In this document: positions 27,181 to 36,651 of the stretch, piece by piece
Numbering within the stretch: position 1 is the first letter of the stretch
How the letters are laid out: every line of letters begins with the position of its first letter
Source of the DNA: Clostridia bacterium
GTDB taxonomy: Bacteria; Bacillota; Clostridia; Oscillospirales; CAG-272
Direction: 5' to 3'
Assembly (NCBI GenBank): GCA_017466685.1
Contig: JAFTTS010000065.1
Location: 4,581 to 68,580 of the forward strand
Length of the DNA: 64,000 nucleotides
Program-made: the position numbers and the translations under genes
The notes under the pieces: model-generated
Databases searched by the model: none
What the model was told of the DNA's origin: nothing
What the model saw: the letters and a program-made list of their open reading frames with translations, nothing else

Positions 27181-28383
27181 TTATTCTCCGAGAATTTCGC
27201 CGATCATAACGTCGACCATGCTGAGCATTCTCGGCAGATGGAACGGGCCCTTGAAGGTCGAACCCTTGCAGGGCGGCATTGTCGGCTTTCCGTCGCGGCG
27301 GAGATAACCGTACCATTCGCCGTATTCCTCGTCGCTGAACACTTCACAGCAATAGTCGAAGGTCTTATAGAATTTCTCAAGATATTCTTCCTTGCCGGTG
27401 TCACGGTAGAACATAAGCGACGCGATAAGAATCTCGTTATGAGGCCACCAGAGCTTCATGTCATGCTCGTATGCTTCGGGAGGATTGCCGAGTGCGTCGA
27501 TGAAGTAGAGTAAACCGCCGTACTCATTATCCCAACCGGCTTCAAATGCCTTGTTGAAGATATCCTCTGCCTTTGCTCTCAGCTCCTTGTCACCGGTACG
27601 GTTTGCATATTCCTCGATGAACCATGCGCCCTCGATATCGTGACCGGGGTTAACGATACGTCCCTCGGTAAATTCCATTCTTGCTTCGCCGTTGGGACCT
27701 ACGTTTTCAAGCAGGCATCCGAGCTCGGGATGAACGTGATATGCGAAGATATCGTGTACACATTCCTTGGAGCGTTCGTCATAAACCGCTGCACCCTCGG
27801 GATGAACTCTGACTAAAATCGAGCTCATATTGAGGAAGATCATTGCGTTTGCAAAGCTGCGTCCGGTACGTGTTTCGGTGATCGTTTTTGAGCCGAGTCC
27901 GGTCGGATCGGGTGCACCGTGCCAGAGATCCCAGTACATATTATAAGCCTTGATCGCACGCTCAAGATATACCTTGTCGCCTGTCAGACCGTAATATTCG
28001 GCGTTTGCCATACAGTAGAAGGTTTCGGAGAAAAAGTATCTTCTCTGACGAAGCGGCTTGCCGTCGCCTGTAACGGTGAAGTACATACGATCGCCCTTCT
28101 CGCGATTGATACAATACTTTTCCATAAAGTCAAGACAGCTCCCCGCAGCGTCGAGCCATTCCTGCTTTTTGCCGTAAACATTGCAAAGCCATGCAAATGT
28201 CCACGCACAGCGTCCCTGCATCCACACGCTCTTGTCGGTGGAGTAGACCTTACCCTGACGGTCAAGACAGGTGTAAACGCCGCCGTTTTCCTTGTCGATA
28301 CCGTTGTTAAGCCAGAAGCTTACGCAGGCATCAAGCTGGGAGCGAATTTGCTTCCTTACGTTTTGAAGTTTGGTTTTGTCCAT
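27181..28383 (-). CDS. N-acylglucosamine 2-epimerase (AGE family)
   Basis: About 400 aa of alpha/alpha-barrel type with GGVYTCLDRQG, WMQGRCAW and WWPHNE motifs. Adjacent to nanA. Confidence 0.7.
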   Translation of the reverse strand: MDKTKLQNVRKQIRSQLDACVSFWLNNGIDKENGGVYTCLDRQGKVYSTDKSVWMQGRCAWTFAWLCNVYGKKQEWLDAAGSCLDFMEKYCINREKGDRMYFTVTGDGKPLRQRRYFFSETFYCMANAEYYGLTGDKVYLERAIKAYNMYWDLWHGAPDPTGLGSKTITETRTGRSFANAMIFLNMSSILVRVHPEGAAVYDERSKECVHDIFAYHVHPELGCLLENVGPNGEARMEFTEGRIVNPGHDIEGAWFIEEYANRTGDKELRAKAEDIFNKAFEAGWDNEYGGLLYFIDALGNPPEAYEHDMKLWWPHNEILIASLMFYRDTGKEEYLEKFYKTFDYCCEVFSDEEYGEWYGYLRRDGKPTMPPCKGSTFKGPFHLPRMLSMVDVMIGEILGE

Positions 28384-28704
28384 AATTAATCAGCCCTTGT
28401 TCAAATATATTTATTTGCTTCCTCCATTATATACCACATATTATTGTAACACTTATTTTATGCGTTGTCAAGAGATATTAAAAAAGTGTGCAAAATATTG
28501 ATAGCGGAAGGGCAGGTTATTGATGATATGCGTAAAAGCAGGCTGTTTTGAGTGTACTGAACGAGTTTTCCGGTACTCGTCATTTGGATTGCTTGCAGCT
28601 GTTTGAGAGTTGAGCGTCTTAAATATAAGCTGCGGTAGGGCAGTTTACCTCTCGTGTTTATTCTTAAAATAAAATTTAACAAATAAAATTTAAAAAAATT
28701 CGAT

Positions 28705-28740
28705 TTACCTATTGACAAAGTAGGTAAATAGTGGTATAAT
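28705..28740 (+). promoter_or_regulatory. metY-cysK promoter with an inverted repeat bracketing the -35
   Basis: TTGACA (28712..28717), 17 nt ending in TGG, TATAAT (28735..28740). A perfect inverted repeat TTACCTA-N9-TAGGTAA (28705..28727) encloses the -35. Confidence 0.6.
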
Positions 28741-28896
28741 GTAGTCACCTACCAAAAAGGTATGTAAATGAAAGAAGGCTTAAAATGTCGAGTTACTTTG
28801 AAAATCTTGTCAGAGAGAATTATCGTTTCGGGCGAATGTGACGGTGTGACGGAAATCCCATAACACTATTACATTTTATCGAAAGGAAATAATATT

Positions 28897-30072
28897 ATGT
28901 CAGAATATAAATTTGAAACAAAACAGCTCCATGTCGGACAGGAAACTCCCGATCCTGCAACGGATGCAAGAGCCGTCCCGATTTATGCAACCACATCATA
29001 CGTTTTTCATGATTCAGCTCACGCGGCGGCACGCTTCGGACTTGAGGACGCAGGCAACATATACGGTCGTCTTACCAATACCACGCAAGATGTTTTTGAA
29101 AAACGCATCGCCTCACTTGAGGGCGGTGTTGCGGCTCTTGCGCTTGCATCCGGTGCTGCGGCGATTACATATACCCTGCAGGCACTTGGTCAGAACGGCG
29201 GTCATATAGTTTCGCAGAAAACCATCTACGGCGGAAGCTATAATCTCCTTGCACATACCTTGCCAAGCTTCGGGATTAACGCAACATTTGTACACATTCA
29301 CGATCTTGCGGAGGTTGAAGCGGCAATCCGCGATAACACAAGAGCGATTTATATTGAAACGCTCGGAAATCCAAACAGTGATATTCCCGATATTGACTCA
29401 CTTGCAGAGCTGGCTCACAAGCATGGTTTACCTCTTGTTGTTGACAATACCTTCGGAACACCGTATCTTATCCGTCCGATTGAGCACGGTGCGGATATAG
29501 TCGTTCATTCGGCAACCAAATTCATTGGCGGACACGGTACAACTCTCGGCGGCGTGATAGTCGATTCGGGAAAATTCAACTGGGAGGCTGCCGGCAAATA
29601 TCCGGCAATTTCCGCTCCAAACCCGAGTTATCATGGTGTATCATTTACAAAGGCCGTAGGAGCTGCTGCGTTTGTTACATATATCAGAGCAATTTTGCTT
29701 CGTGACACAGGTGCAACACTTTCACCGTTTGCGGCATTCCTTCTTTTGCAGGGTGTTGAAACACTTTCGCTTCGCTTGGAGCGTCACGCCGAAAACACCA
29801 AAAAGGTCGTGGACTTTCTTATAACTCCTCCGCAGGTTGAACGGGTTAACCATCCGTCACTGCCGGATCATCCCGACAATGCTTTGTATCAGAAGTATTT
29901 CCCAAATGGCGGAGGCTCGATTTTCACCTTTGAAATCAAGGGAGGACAGAAGGAAGCACACAAATTTATCGACAGCCTCAAGATCTTCTCGCTTCTTGCC
30001 AATGTTGCAGACGTTAAAAGTCTTGTGATCCACCCGGCAACGACAACGCACAGTCAGCTTTCAGAGGAATAA
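28897..30072 (+). CDS. metY: O-acetylhomoserine/O-acetylserine sulfhydrylase, C-terminally interrupted by in-frame stops (possible pseudogene)
   Basis: [12 protein letters not shown]...[12 protein letters not shown]...[11 protein letters not shown] (PLP lysine). The ORF stops at TAA 30070, but the same frame continues to encode the conserved C-terminus up to TGA 30184. Confidence 0.75.
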   Translation: MSEYKFETKQLHVGQETPDPATDARAVPIYATTSYVFHDSAHAAARFGLEDAGNIYGRLTNTTQDVFEKRIASLEGGVAALALASGAAAITYTLQALGQNGGHIVSQKTIYGGSYNLLAHTLPSFGINATFVHIHDLAEVEAAIRDNTRAIYIETLGNPNSDIPDIDSLAELAHKHGLPLVVDNTFGTPYLIRPIEHGADIVVHSATKFIGGHGTTLGGVIVDSGKFNWEAAGKYPAISAPNPSYHGVSFTKAVGAAAFVTYIRAILLRDTGATLSPFAAFLLLQGVETLSLRLERHAENTKKVVDFLITPPQVERVNHPSLPDHPDNALYQKYFPNGGGSIFTFEIKGGQKEAHKFIDSLKIFSLLANVADVKSLVIHPATTTHSQLSEE

Positions 30073-30190
30073 CTTAAATAGCAGGGTATCAAGTCAAATA
30101 CGATCCGTCTTTCCATCGGAACAGAGCATATCGACGACATTCTCGCTGATTTGCAGAATGGATTTGACGCAGTAAAGGAGGCGTGATTTT

Positions 30191-31123
30191 ATGAGCAATA
30201 TTTATAGATCGGCTGATGAGCTTATAGGCAAAACCCCACTGCTTGAGCTTACAAACATCGAAAGAAAATATGAATTAAAGGCAAAAATACTTGCAAAGCT
30301 TGAATATTTCAACCCGGCAGGCTCGGTGAAGGATCGTATCGCAAGGGCTATGATTGACGATGCCGAAAAATCGGGAAAACTCAAGAAAGGTTCTGTTATT
30401 ATAGAGCCGACCTCCGGCAACACGGGAATTGGTCTTGCATCGGTTGGTGCGGCGAGAGGGTATCGGGTAATTATCGTAATGCCCGAAACAATGTCTGTGG
30501 AACGCAGGCAGCTTATGAAAGCCTATGGAGCCGAACTTGTCTTAACAGAAGGTGCAAAAGGCATGAAAGGCGCAATTGCGAAGGCTGAGGAATTGAAAGC
30601 AGAAATCCCGGACAGCGTTATTTTAGGTCAATTCACCAATCCGGCAAATCCGGCTGCGCACATAGCTGCTACGGGACCGGAAATCTATAATGATACCGAC
30701 GGCAAGGTTGATATATTCGTTGCGGGCGTCGGTACGGGTGGTACGATAACGGGTGTCGGCGAATACTTGAAATCGAAAAATTGTGACATCAAGGTTGTTG
30801 CGGTCGAGCCCGAATCTTCGGCTGTGCTTTCGACGGGAATACCCGGTGCACACAAAATTCAAGGTATAGGTGCCGGTTTTGTTCCCGAGATACTCAATAC
30901 AAAAATATATGATGAAATTATACCGGTATCCAATGATGACGCTTTTGAAACCGGCAAGTTGATCGGAAAAACAGAGGGTGTTCTTGTCGGTATATCCTCC
31001 GGTGCGGCGGTGTTTGCGGCATTACAGCTTGCAAAACGAAAGGAAAACGAGGGAAAGACAATAGTCGTTTTGCTCCCGGACACCGGCGACAGATATCTTT
31101 CCACAGCACTTTTTGCCGAGTGA
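30191..31123 (+). CDS. cysK: Cysteine synthase A, copy 2
   Basis: LIGKTPLLEL...AKLEYFNPAGSVKDR...EPTSGNTGIGLA...GVGTGGTITG. AAGGAGG RBS. Confidence 0.9.
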   Translation: MSNIYRSADELIGKTPLLELTNIERKYELKAKILAKLEYFNPAGSVKDRIARAMIDDAEKSGKLKKGSVIIEPTSGNTGIGLASVGAARGYRVIIVMPETMSVERRQLMKAYGAELVLTEGAKGMKGAIAKAEELKAEIPDSVILGQFTNPANPAAHIAATGPEIYNDTDGKVDIFVAGVGTGGTITGVGEYLKSKNCDIKVVAVEPESSAVLSTGIPGAHKIQGIGAGFVPEILNTKIYDEIIPVSNDDAFETGKLIGKTEGVLVGISSGAAVFAALQLAKRKENEGKTIVVLLPDTGDRYLSTALFAE

Positions 31124-31258
31124 TAAAAACACCGATTCCGTTTTGTGTGGAGTCGGTGTAATTTTTATTGAAGGTTATTATTTGAAATAACAGTTGATTT
31201 AACCCTAAATATGGTGTATAATAATTATTGACTATAATATATCGGGAGTGACAAAAAG

Positions 31259-31657
31259 ATGATGATATCAACAAGAGGCAGATATGCACTCAGAGTTTTA
31301 CTTGACCTCGCTGAGCATAAAGACGAAGGCTATATTCCAATGAAAGAGGTTGCGAAACGTCAGGAATTGTCTTTAAAATATATCGAAAGAATAATGCCGG
31401 TGCTTTCAAAAAATAAGTTGGTTGAGGGTGTTCACGGAAAAGGCGGCGGTTATCGTCTTTCAAGGCCTGCCGAAGAATATACTGTTGGCGAGATATTGAG
31501 ACTTACTGAGGGAAATCTCGCTCCGGTTTCCTGTCTTGAATGTGATGCAAAGGAATGTAAGCGTGCCGGCTCTTGCAAAACACTCCCGATGTGGAAGAAA
31601 TTTCATGATATAACGAACGATTATTTCGATAGCATAACTCTTGCAGAATTTTTTTAA
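31259..31657 (+). CDS. Rrf2-family transcriptional regulator (CymR/IscR-like, Cys-rich C-terminus)
   Basis: ISTRGRYALRVLLDLA...GGGYRLSRP. Cysteines CLECDAKECKRAGSC. Next to cysteine/methionine genes. Confidence 0.85.
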   Translation: MMISTRGRYALRVLLDLAEHKDEGYIPMKEVAKRQELSLKYIERIMPVLSKNKLVEGVHGKGGGYRLSRPAEEYTVGEILRLTEGNLAPVSCLECDAKECKRAGSCKTLPMWKKFHDITNDYFDSITLAEFF

Positions 31658-31986
31658 GATACAAATGAATATACAGTGCATCGTTTTATTACCTCATACG
31701 TAAAAAACGGTGCATTTTTATTAGGGACTGTGAACTTACAAACCAACAATATTTATTATAACCGAATCGCCAAAATTTGCCGTGTCAGATGTGGCGATTT
31801 TTTTAGAAAAGCCGTTTGCCGCGGTGTATATGCGAGGTACTGCAAGTCACCGATAATGCGTATCCGTAATAATATGATACGGGAGAGATAATCCTTAATT
31901 CAAAATATTTTTTCAGCATGATTAAAACTCCCGCTCCGGGTAAAAAATAATGACGTAAAATAAAAAAGCATGGAGAGTGAATTTTC

Positions 31987-32343
31987 ATGACTGTTAAACG
32001 CGGAGATATTTATTACGCTGATCTGAGTCCTGTAGTCGGCTCAGAGCAAGGGGGACTTCGCCCGGTACTCATCGTACAGAACGATGTCGGAAACAAATAC
32101 AGCCCGACTGTCATTGCAGCTGCCATAACCTCACAGGTCGGCAAAAACCGTCTTCCAACCCATATTGACGTGCTTGCAGATCATTTCGGTCTTGCCAAGG
32201 ATTCGGTTATACTGCTTGAACAGATACGGACTATTGACAAACAGCGGCTTAAAGAAAAAATGGGACACCTTGATGAGAATGTGATGAAGAAGGTGAACGA
32301 CGCCATTGGTGTCAGTTTTGGGCTTGAAACAACCATAATGTGA
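31987..32343 (+). CDS. mazF: MazF/EndoA-type mRNA interferase toxin
   Basis: [41 protein letters not shown]...[13 protein letters not shown] is near-canonical EndoA/NdoA sequence. GGAGAG RBS. Confidence 0.9.
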   Translation: MTVKRGDIYYADLSPVVGSEQGGLRPVLIVQNDVGNKYSPTVIAAAITSQVGKNRLPTHIDVLADHFGLAKDSVILLEQIRTIDKQRLKEKMGHLDENVMKKVNDAIGVSFGLETTIM

Positions 32344-32469
32344 CGACTACATACCCGGGCTGTGAGGTTCGGGTAATTGTTTTGTGAACTTTTGGCGAAG
32401 TGTCTTGCAATTGGATGGACGGTGGTGTTATAATATAATTATGAAATGACACCGAAAGGATCTGTTACT

Positions 32470-33147
32470 ATGTACAGAATACTTACTGTTGACGATGAGG
32501 AAATGATACGCAAGCTCATCCGCAAATATGCAGAGTTTGAATCTCATGAAGTGGTTGAAGCTGCTGACGGTATGGAAGCGGTCAGACTATGCCGCGAGCA
32601 GGATTTTGACATAATCATAATGGATATCATGATGCCTGAACTTGACGGCTTTTCCGCCTGCCGTGAAATACGCAGGATCAAGGACACGCCGATCATCATG
32701 CTTTCCGCACGCTGTGAGGAATATGACAAGATAAACGGCTTTGAGCTGGGTATCGACGATTACGTTGTAAAGCCGTTTTCGCCGAAGGAGCTGATGCTTC
32801 GCATTGAGGCGGTGCTTAAACGTACAAAGGCTAAAGGTGACACTGCACAGCATGATATCATTGAGATAGAGGGACTTCGCGCAGACATTACGGCAAGAAT
32901 CGTCTATGTTGACGGCGAGAGGATTGATATGTCTCCGAAGGAATATGACCTGTTTTTCTATATGCTGAAGAATCGCAACATTGCGCTTTCACGTGAAAAG
33001 CTTATAACCGAGGTGTGGGGTTACGACTTCTACGGCGATGACCGTACACTTGACACGCATATCAAGCTGCTTCGCCGCAGTCTCGGTGACTATGCACGTC
33101 TTGTTGTAACGCTTCGAGGGGTGGGATACCGCTTTGAGTCAAAATAA
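32470..33147 (+). CDS. OmpR-family response regulator
   Basis: ILTVDDEE...IIIMDIMMPELDG...LSAR. Winged helix RTLDTHIKLLRRSL...LRGVGYRF. Overlaps the kinase gene. Confidence 0.9.
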   Translation: MYRILTVDDEEMIRKLIRKYAEFESHEVVEAADGMEAVRLCREQDFDIIIMDIMMPELDGFSACREIRRIKDTPIIMLSARCEEYDKINGFELGIDDYVVKPFSPKELMLRIEAVLKRTKAKGDTAQHDIIEIEGLRADITARIVYVDGERIDMSPKEYDLFFYMLKNRNIALSREKLITEVWGYDFYGDDRTLDTHIKLLRRSLGDYARLVVTLRGVGYRFESK

Positions 33148-34615
33148 AACGAGAAAAACGGGCAGACTTGGTATCAGATGGAAATTCTTCGGTTATCTGA
33201 TGTTATTTTTACTGTTACTGCTCGGACTTTTATGGCTGTTTCAGGTCGTATTTTTCGGCGAGATATATAAATCGGTACGCATAACCGAGATAAAGGACAG
33301 TGCAGACAGTATTTGCAGATATATTGATGACACCGAGTCGCTTGAAGAAATTTCAAAAAGTGTTGCCGAGGATAAAGAGGTTTGTGTTCTCGTTTTTGAT
33401 GAGAGCGGTAAAGTCCTTGCCTCGGAGGAGTCGCTTTCCGATTGTATCATTCACGGAATGTCGGCAAGGAACATATATATGCTCTATACCACCGCAAAGG
33501 ACGAGGGTGGAGAGAGACTTTCACGCTATCAGATAGATAAGCGTCCCGATGTTCCGCTTGCACCGGGTGCTTACCGTCCGCCGCAGCCGACGCAGAGCGA
33601 TGCCGTTATTGAGAGCATCACTTACACAAAGGTCGTTTATTCGGAGCATTACGGTAAGGATGTTGTTGTTATACTGAACACGACGATATCGCCCGTTGCA
33701 TCAACCGTCAGAACACTTCAGACCGAGCTTATTATCATAACTGTTGTCATGACGCTGATTGCCGTGCTGCTTTCGTTCCTGCTTGCAAAGCGCGTTGCAA
33801 AGCCGATCGTTCGTATTAATAAAAGCGCAAAACAGCTTGCCGCAGGTAACTATAATGCCGATTTCCGTGCGGACGGTTACCGTGAGATCGCCGAGCTTTC
33901 GGACACGCTGACTTACGCCGCCGCCGAGCTTTCCAAAACCGAAGCACTCCAGCGCGAGCTTATCGCGAACATTTCACACGATCTTCGTACACCTCTTACA
34001 ATGATAACGGGTTACGCCGAGGTGATGCGTGATCTGCCGGGAGAGAACACGCCAGAAAACGTGCAGATAATCATAGATGAAGCGAACAGACTCACCTCGC
34101 TTGTTAATGACGTTCTTGATATTTCAAGGCTTCAAGCGGGAACGCAGGAGTTATCACTTACGACGTTTGACCTGACGCAGACGGTACGCGAGGTTATCGG
34201 CCGTTTCTCGAAGCTGACCTCACAGGACGGTTGGAAGATAGACTTTGATTATGACTGTGAGGTAATGGTCGAGGCAGACCGCACACGTATATTGCAGGTC
34301 ATATATAATTTTATAAACAATGCTATCACACACTCGGGAGAAGATAAGACGGTTCTCGTTTCACAGCGCGTGATAGACACCGGCACTAAGAAAAAGGTGC
34401 GTATCGAGGTGACGGATCACGGCGAGGGAATCGCGCCCGACGAGCTTGTTAACATCTGGGACAGATATTACAAGGTGGACAAGCTTCACCGTCGTGCACA
34501 GATGGGTTCAGGACTCGGTTTGTCGATTGTAAAGAGTATACTTGAGCTTCACGGCGCAAAGTACGGTGTGAACAGTGAGCCGGACGTTGGTTCGACGTTC
34601 TGGTTTGAGTTATAA
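33134..34615 (+). CDS. Sensor histidine kinase (2 TM, HAMP, HisKA, HATPase_c)
   Basis: H-box ISHDLRTPLT, N-box NFINNAITHS, G-boxes DHGEGI and GSGLGLSIV. Confidence 0.9.
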   Translation: MSQNKTRKTGRLGIRWKFFGYLMLFLLLLLGLLWLFQVVFFGEIYKSVRITEIKDSADSICRYIDDTESLEEISKSVAEDKEVCVLVFDESGKVLASEESLSDCIIHGMSARNIYMLYTTAKDEGGERLSRYQIDKRPDVPLAPGAYRPPQPTQSDAVIESITYTKVVYSEHYGKDVVVILNTTISPVASTVRTLQTELIIITVVMTLIAVLLSFLLAKRVAKPIVRINKSAKQLAAGNYNADFRADGYREIAELSDTLTYAAAELSKTEALQRELIANISHDLRTPLTMITGYAEVMRDLPGENTPENVQIIIDEANRLTSLVNDVLDISRLQAGTQELSLTTFDLTQTVREVIGRFSKLTSQDGWKIDFDYDCEVMVEADRTRILQVIYNFINNAITHSGEDKTVLVSQRVIDTGTKKKVRIEVTDHGEGIAPDELVNIWDRYYKVDKLHRRAQMGSGLGLSIVKSILELHGAKYGVNSEPDVGSTFWFEL

Positions 34616-34621
34616 TATAAA

Positions 34622-34656
34622 AGAGGAGTTGTCATTATGCAGACAGCTCCTTTTTG
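34622..34656 (+). terminator. Terminator after the histidine kinase gene
   Basis: 9-bp stem GGAGTTGTC/GACAGCTCC (one G-U pair), then TTTTT. Confidence 0.7.
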
Positions 34657-34700
34657 TATGACGGTAAATTATGAGTGACACAGCCATTCACTGAATATCA

Positions 34701-35330
34701 TCACGAAAACAGCCCTTCAAAAAATTCAAGCAGGCGAAATTTCACAACGATGTCAGGCGAATCACCTTTGATTATGCGTATCTGGGACGGCGTAAGTCCC
34801 ACTTCTAAAAGCTCGCTGTCGTCGATTACGGCAAGCGTTGACACAGCCTCCGTTTTACCGATGCAGAGCTGTGGGAACAGTACACACCACCAGTTTTGTC
34901 CCTCGGCTTCTCCGATCAGTACGCGAAGGGAGGTATATGTTCCGGCAGGGAGAGTGTAATTTTCATAGTCTCGCGTCGGGTATGCTTCTTTGGTGAGCGT
35001 GACCGAAACGGTATACGTGGATGAATTGTCGTCGAGGACTTTTTTTGCGACAGATTCGATTGCCTGCAGGTTTTCGCTCAGTATATTTTCGGTAATGGTG
35101 CGGTCGGTGACGCCGTCAAGAAGCGTGGCAACGGTGTCGAGTATGCCGTCGCGGACTTTAAGCTTCAGTTCCTGATCCTCTTCCGAATCCGAGTTTGCAA
35201 GGACGTGCAGACGGATGATATTATCGTAAAGCTTTGCGTCCTCGATTGTGGGGAAGAATGCCGAGATGGGCAGCATTAATGCTGTAAGTATGGAAAATGT
35301 AAGTAAAAATACCGTTATATGCTTTTGCAT
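34701..35330 (-). CDS. spoIIR: Stage II sporulation protein R
   Basis: IRLHVLANSDSEEDQELKLKVRD and GQNWWCVLFPQLC are SpoIIR hallmarks. GGAGGT RBS before ATG 35330. Confidence 0.9.
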   Translation of the reverse strand: MQKHITVFLLTFSILTALMLPISAFFPTIEDAKLYDNIIRLHVLANSDSEEDQELKLKVRDGILDTVATLLDGVTDRTITENILSENLQAIESVAKKVLDDNSSTYTVSVTLTKEAYPTRDYENYTLPAGTYTSLRVLIGEAEGQNWWCVLFPQLCIGKTEAVSTLAVIDDSELLEVGLTPSQIRIIKGDSPDIVVKFRLLEFFEGLFS

Positions 35331-35350
35331 GGTTACCTCCAAAATATAAA

Positions 35351-35400
35351 AATCGCTTCCTTTTCCTTTGTCATTGTTGACACAAAATCGGGAAGCGATT
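35351..35400 (-). terminator. Hairpin between the CDF gene and spoIIR
   Basis: Perfect 10-bp stem AATCGCTTCC/GGAAGCGATT with a 30-nt loop. On the minus strand it is followed by TTTATATTTT and then directly by the spoIIR GGAGG RBS. Confidence 0.55.
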
Positions 35401-35406
35401 CATTTT

Positions 35407-36651
35407 TTAAAGATAACTTCTGTCTATTTCGATAACGGTGTTGTATTCGTGTGAGAGTGTGCGGATTTTTTTCGATATGATCTCGCGTACCTCGCGTTCG
35501 TTTTTCGGACATTCGAACGGAACAACGACATCAAAGATCAGATTTGTGTGTGTCACGCCGCGTACGACACGGAAATCGTGCATCGAAAGCGGTGTTGCGA
35601 GTTCCTCCGAAACGATAACGATTATTGCTTCAACCTCGCGGCGAAGCTCATGCAACTCCTCATCTGCCGTGACAACCGGATCAAGATGGATGACAAGCTG
35701 CATACCGCTTTTTTTGAAATCAAATTCGATATTGTCAATAAGGTCATGACTTTCGAGAATGTCACGTTCGGCGGCGACCTCGACGTGTACCGATGCGAAG
35801 ATACGGTCGTGTCCGTAGCTGTGTACAACTAAATCGTGATAACCGAGCACGCCGTCATAGCTCATGATACGCTTACCGATTGACATGACAAATTCCTCGC
35901 TCGGTGCTGTTCCGAGAAGCGGATTCGAGGTTTCAAGAATAAGCTCGATTCCCGATTTTACGATGAAGCAGGCAACCGCAACACCGAGCCATCCGTCAAG
36001 ATTTACGCCGCTGAATCTTGATATCAGTGCGCCGATGAGGACTGCGGCGGTTGTTATCGAATCGTTACGGCTATCGGCGGATGTGGCGATCAGGGCAGAT
36101 GAGTCAATGTGCCGTCCGACGCTACGGTAAAAGAGTCCCTGCCAGAATTTTATAACGATGGAGACACCGAGAATTACAAGAGCGATTACCGAGTAGTCGG
36201 TTTGCGTCGGTGAGATCAGCGTGTTTATCGAATTTATGAAAAACTCAATTCCGAGAACGCAGATGACCATTGACACGATGAGTCCGGTTATGTACTCGAT
36301 TCGTGCGTGACCGTACGGATGCTCCTTGTCCGCAGGCTTTGCGGCGAGCTTGAAGCCGACCAGCGTTATTATCGAGGAAGCGGCGTCTGCGATGTTGTTG
36401 ACGGCATCGGCTGATATTGCGATGCTTCCCGAAATGATACCGATAACGAGCTTCATCAGCGAGAGAAGCAGGTTTGAAACGATACCGACAATACTTGCCG
36501 TCGCGGCACATTTTGCACGTACACGGGAATCATCGGTTTTTTTGTAATCTTTAACGAAAAGCGAAAGAAGCTTTAAATTCAATTTATCCGCCTCACAGTA
36601 CAGTAAGTAATTTTTCAGCCGCGGCGAGTATTCCGAGCTTGCCGCTTTCAT
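35407..36651 (-). CDS. Cation diffusion facilitator (CDF) family transporter
   Basis: SIAISADAVNNIADAASS...HPYGHARIEY plus a C-terminal cytoplasmic domain. The start is uncertain: ATG 36651 overlaps the upstream gene by 59 nt. In-frame TTG 36582 with a GAGG RBS is an alternative. Confidence 0.8.
   Translation of the reverse strand: MKAASSEYSPRLKNYLLYCEADKLNLKLLSLFVKDYKKTDDSRVRAKCAATASIVGIVSNLLLSLMKLVIGIISGSIAISADAVNNIADAASSIITLVGFKLAAKPADKEHPYGHARIEYITGLIVSMVICVLGIEFFINSINTLISPTQTDYSVIALVILGVSIVIKFWQGLFYRSVGRHIDSSALIATSADSRNDSITTAAVLIGALISRFSGVNLDGWLGVAVACFIVKSGIELILETSNPLLGTAPSEEFVMSIGKRIMSYDGVLGYHDLVVHSYGHDRIFASVHVEVAAERDILESHDLIDNIEFDFKKSGMQLVIHLDPVVTADEELHELRREVEAIIVIVSEELATPLSMHDFRVVRGVTHTNLIFDVVVPFECPKNEREVREIISKKIRTLSHEYNTVIEIDRSYL

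Noticed and set aside
28458-28748. A 96-aa minus-strand ORF in the AGE/metY intergenic region.
   Set aside because: It has no RBS, overlaps the consensus metY promoter and has an AT-rich, low-complexity translation.
28741-28896. S-box (SAM-I) or T-box riboswitch upstream of metY.
   Set aside because: I could not find the conserved S-box core strings, or a specifier/T-box sequence with a terminator-antiterminator pair. The leader is also short for a T-box. I left it as an unassigned leader.
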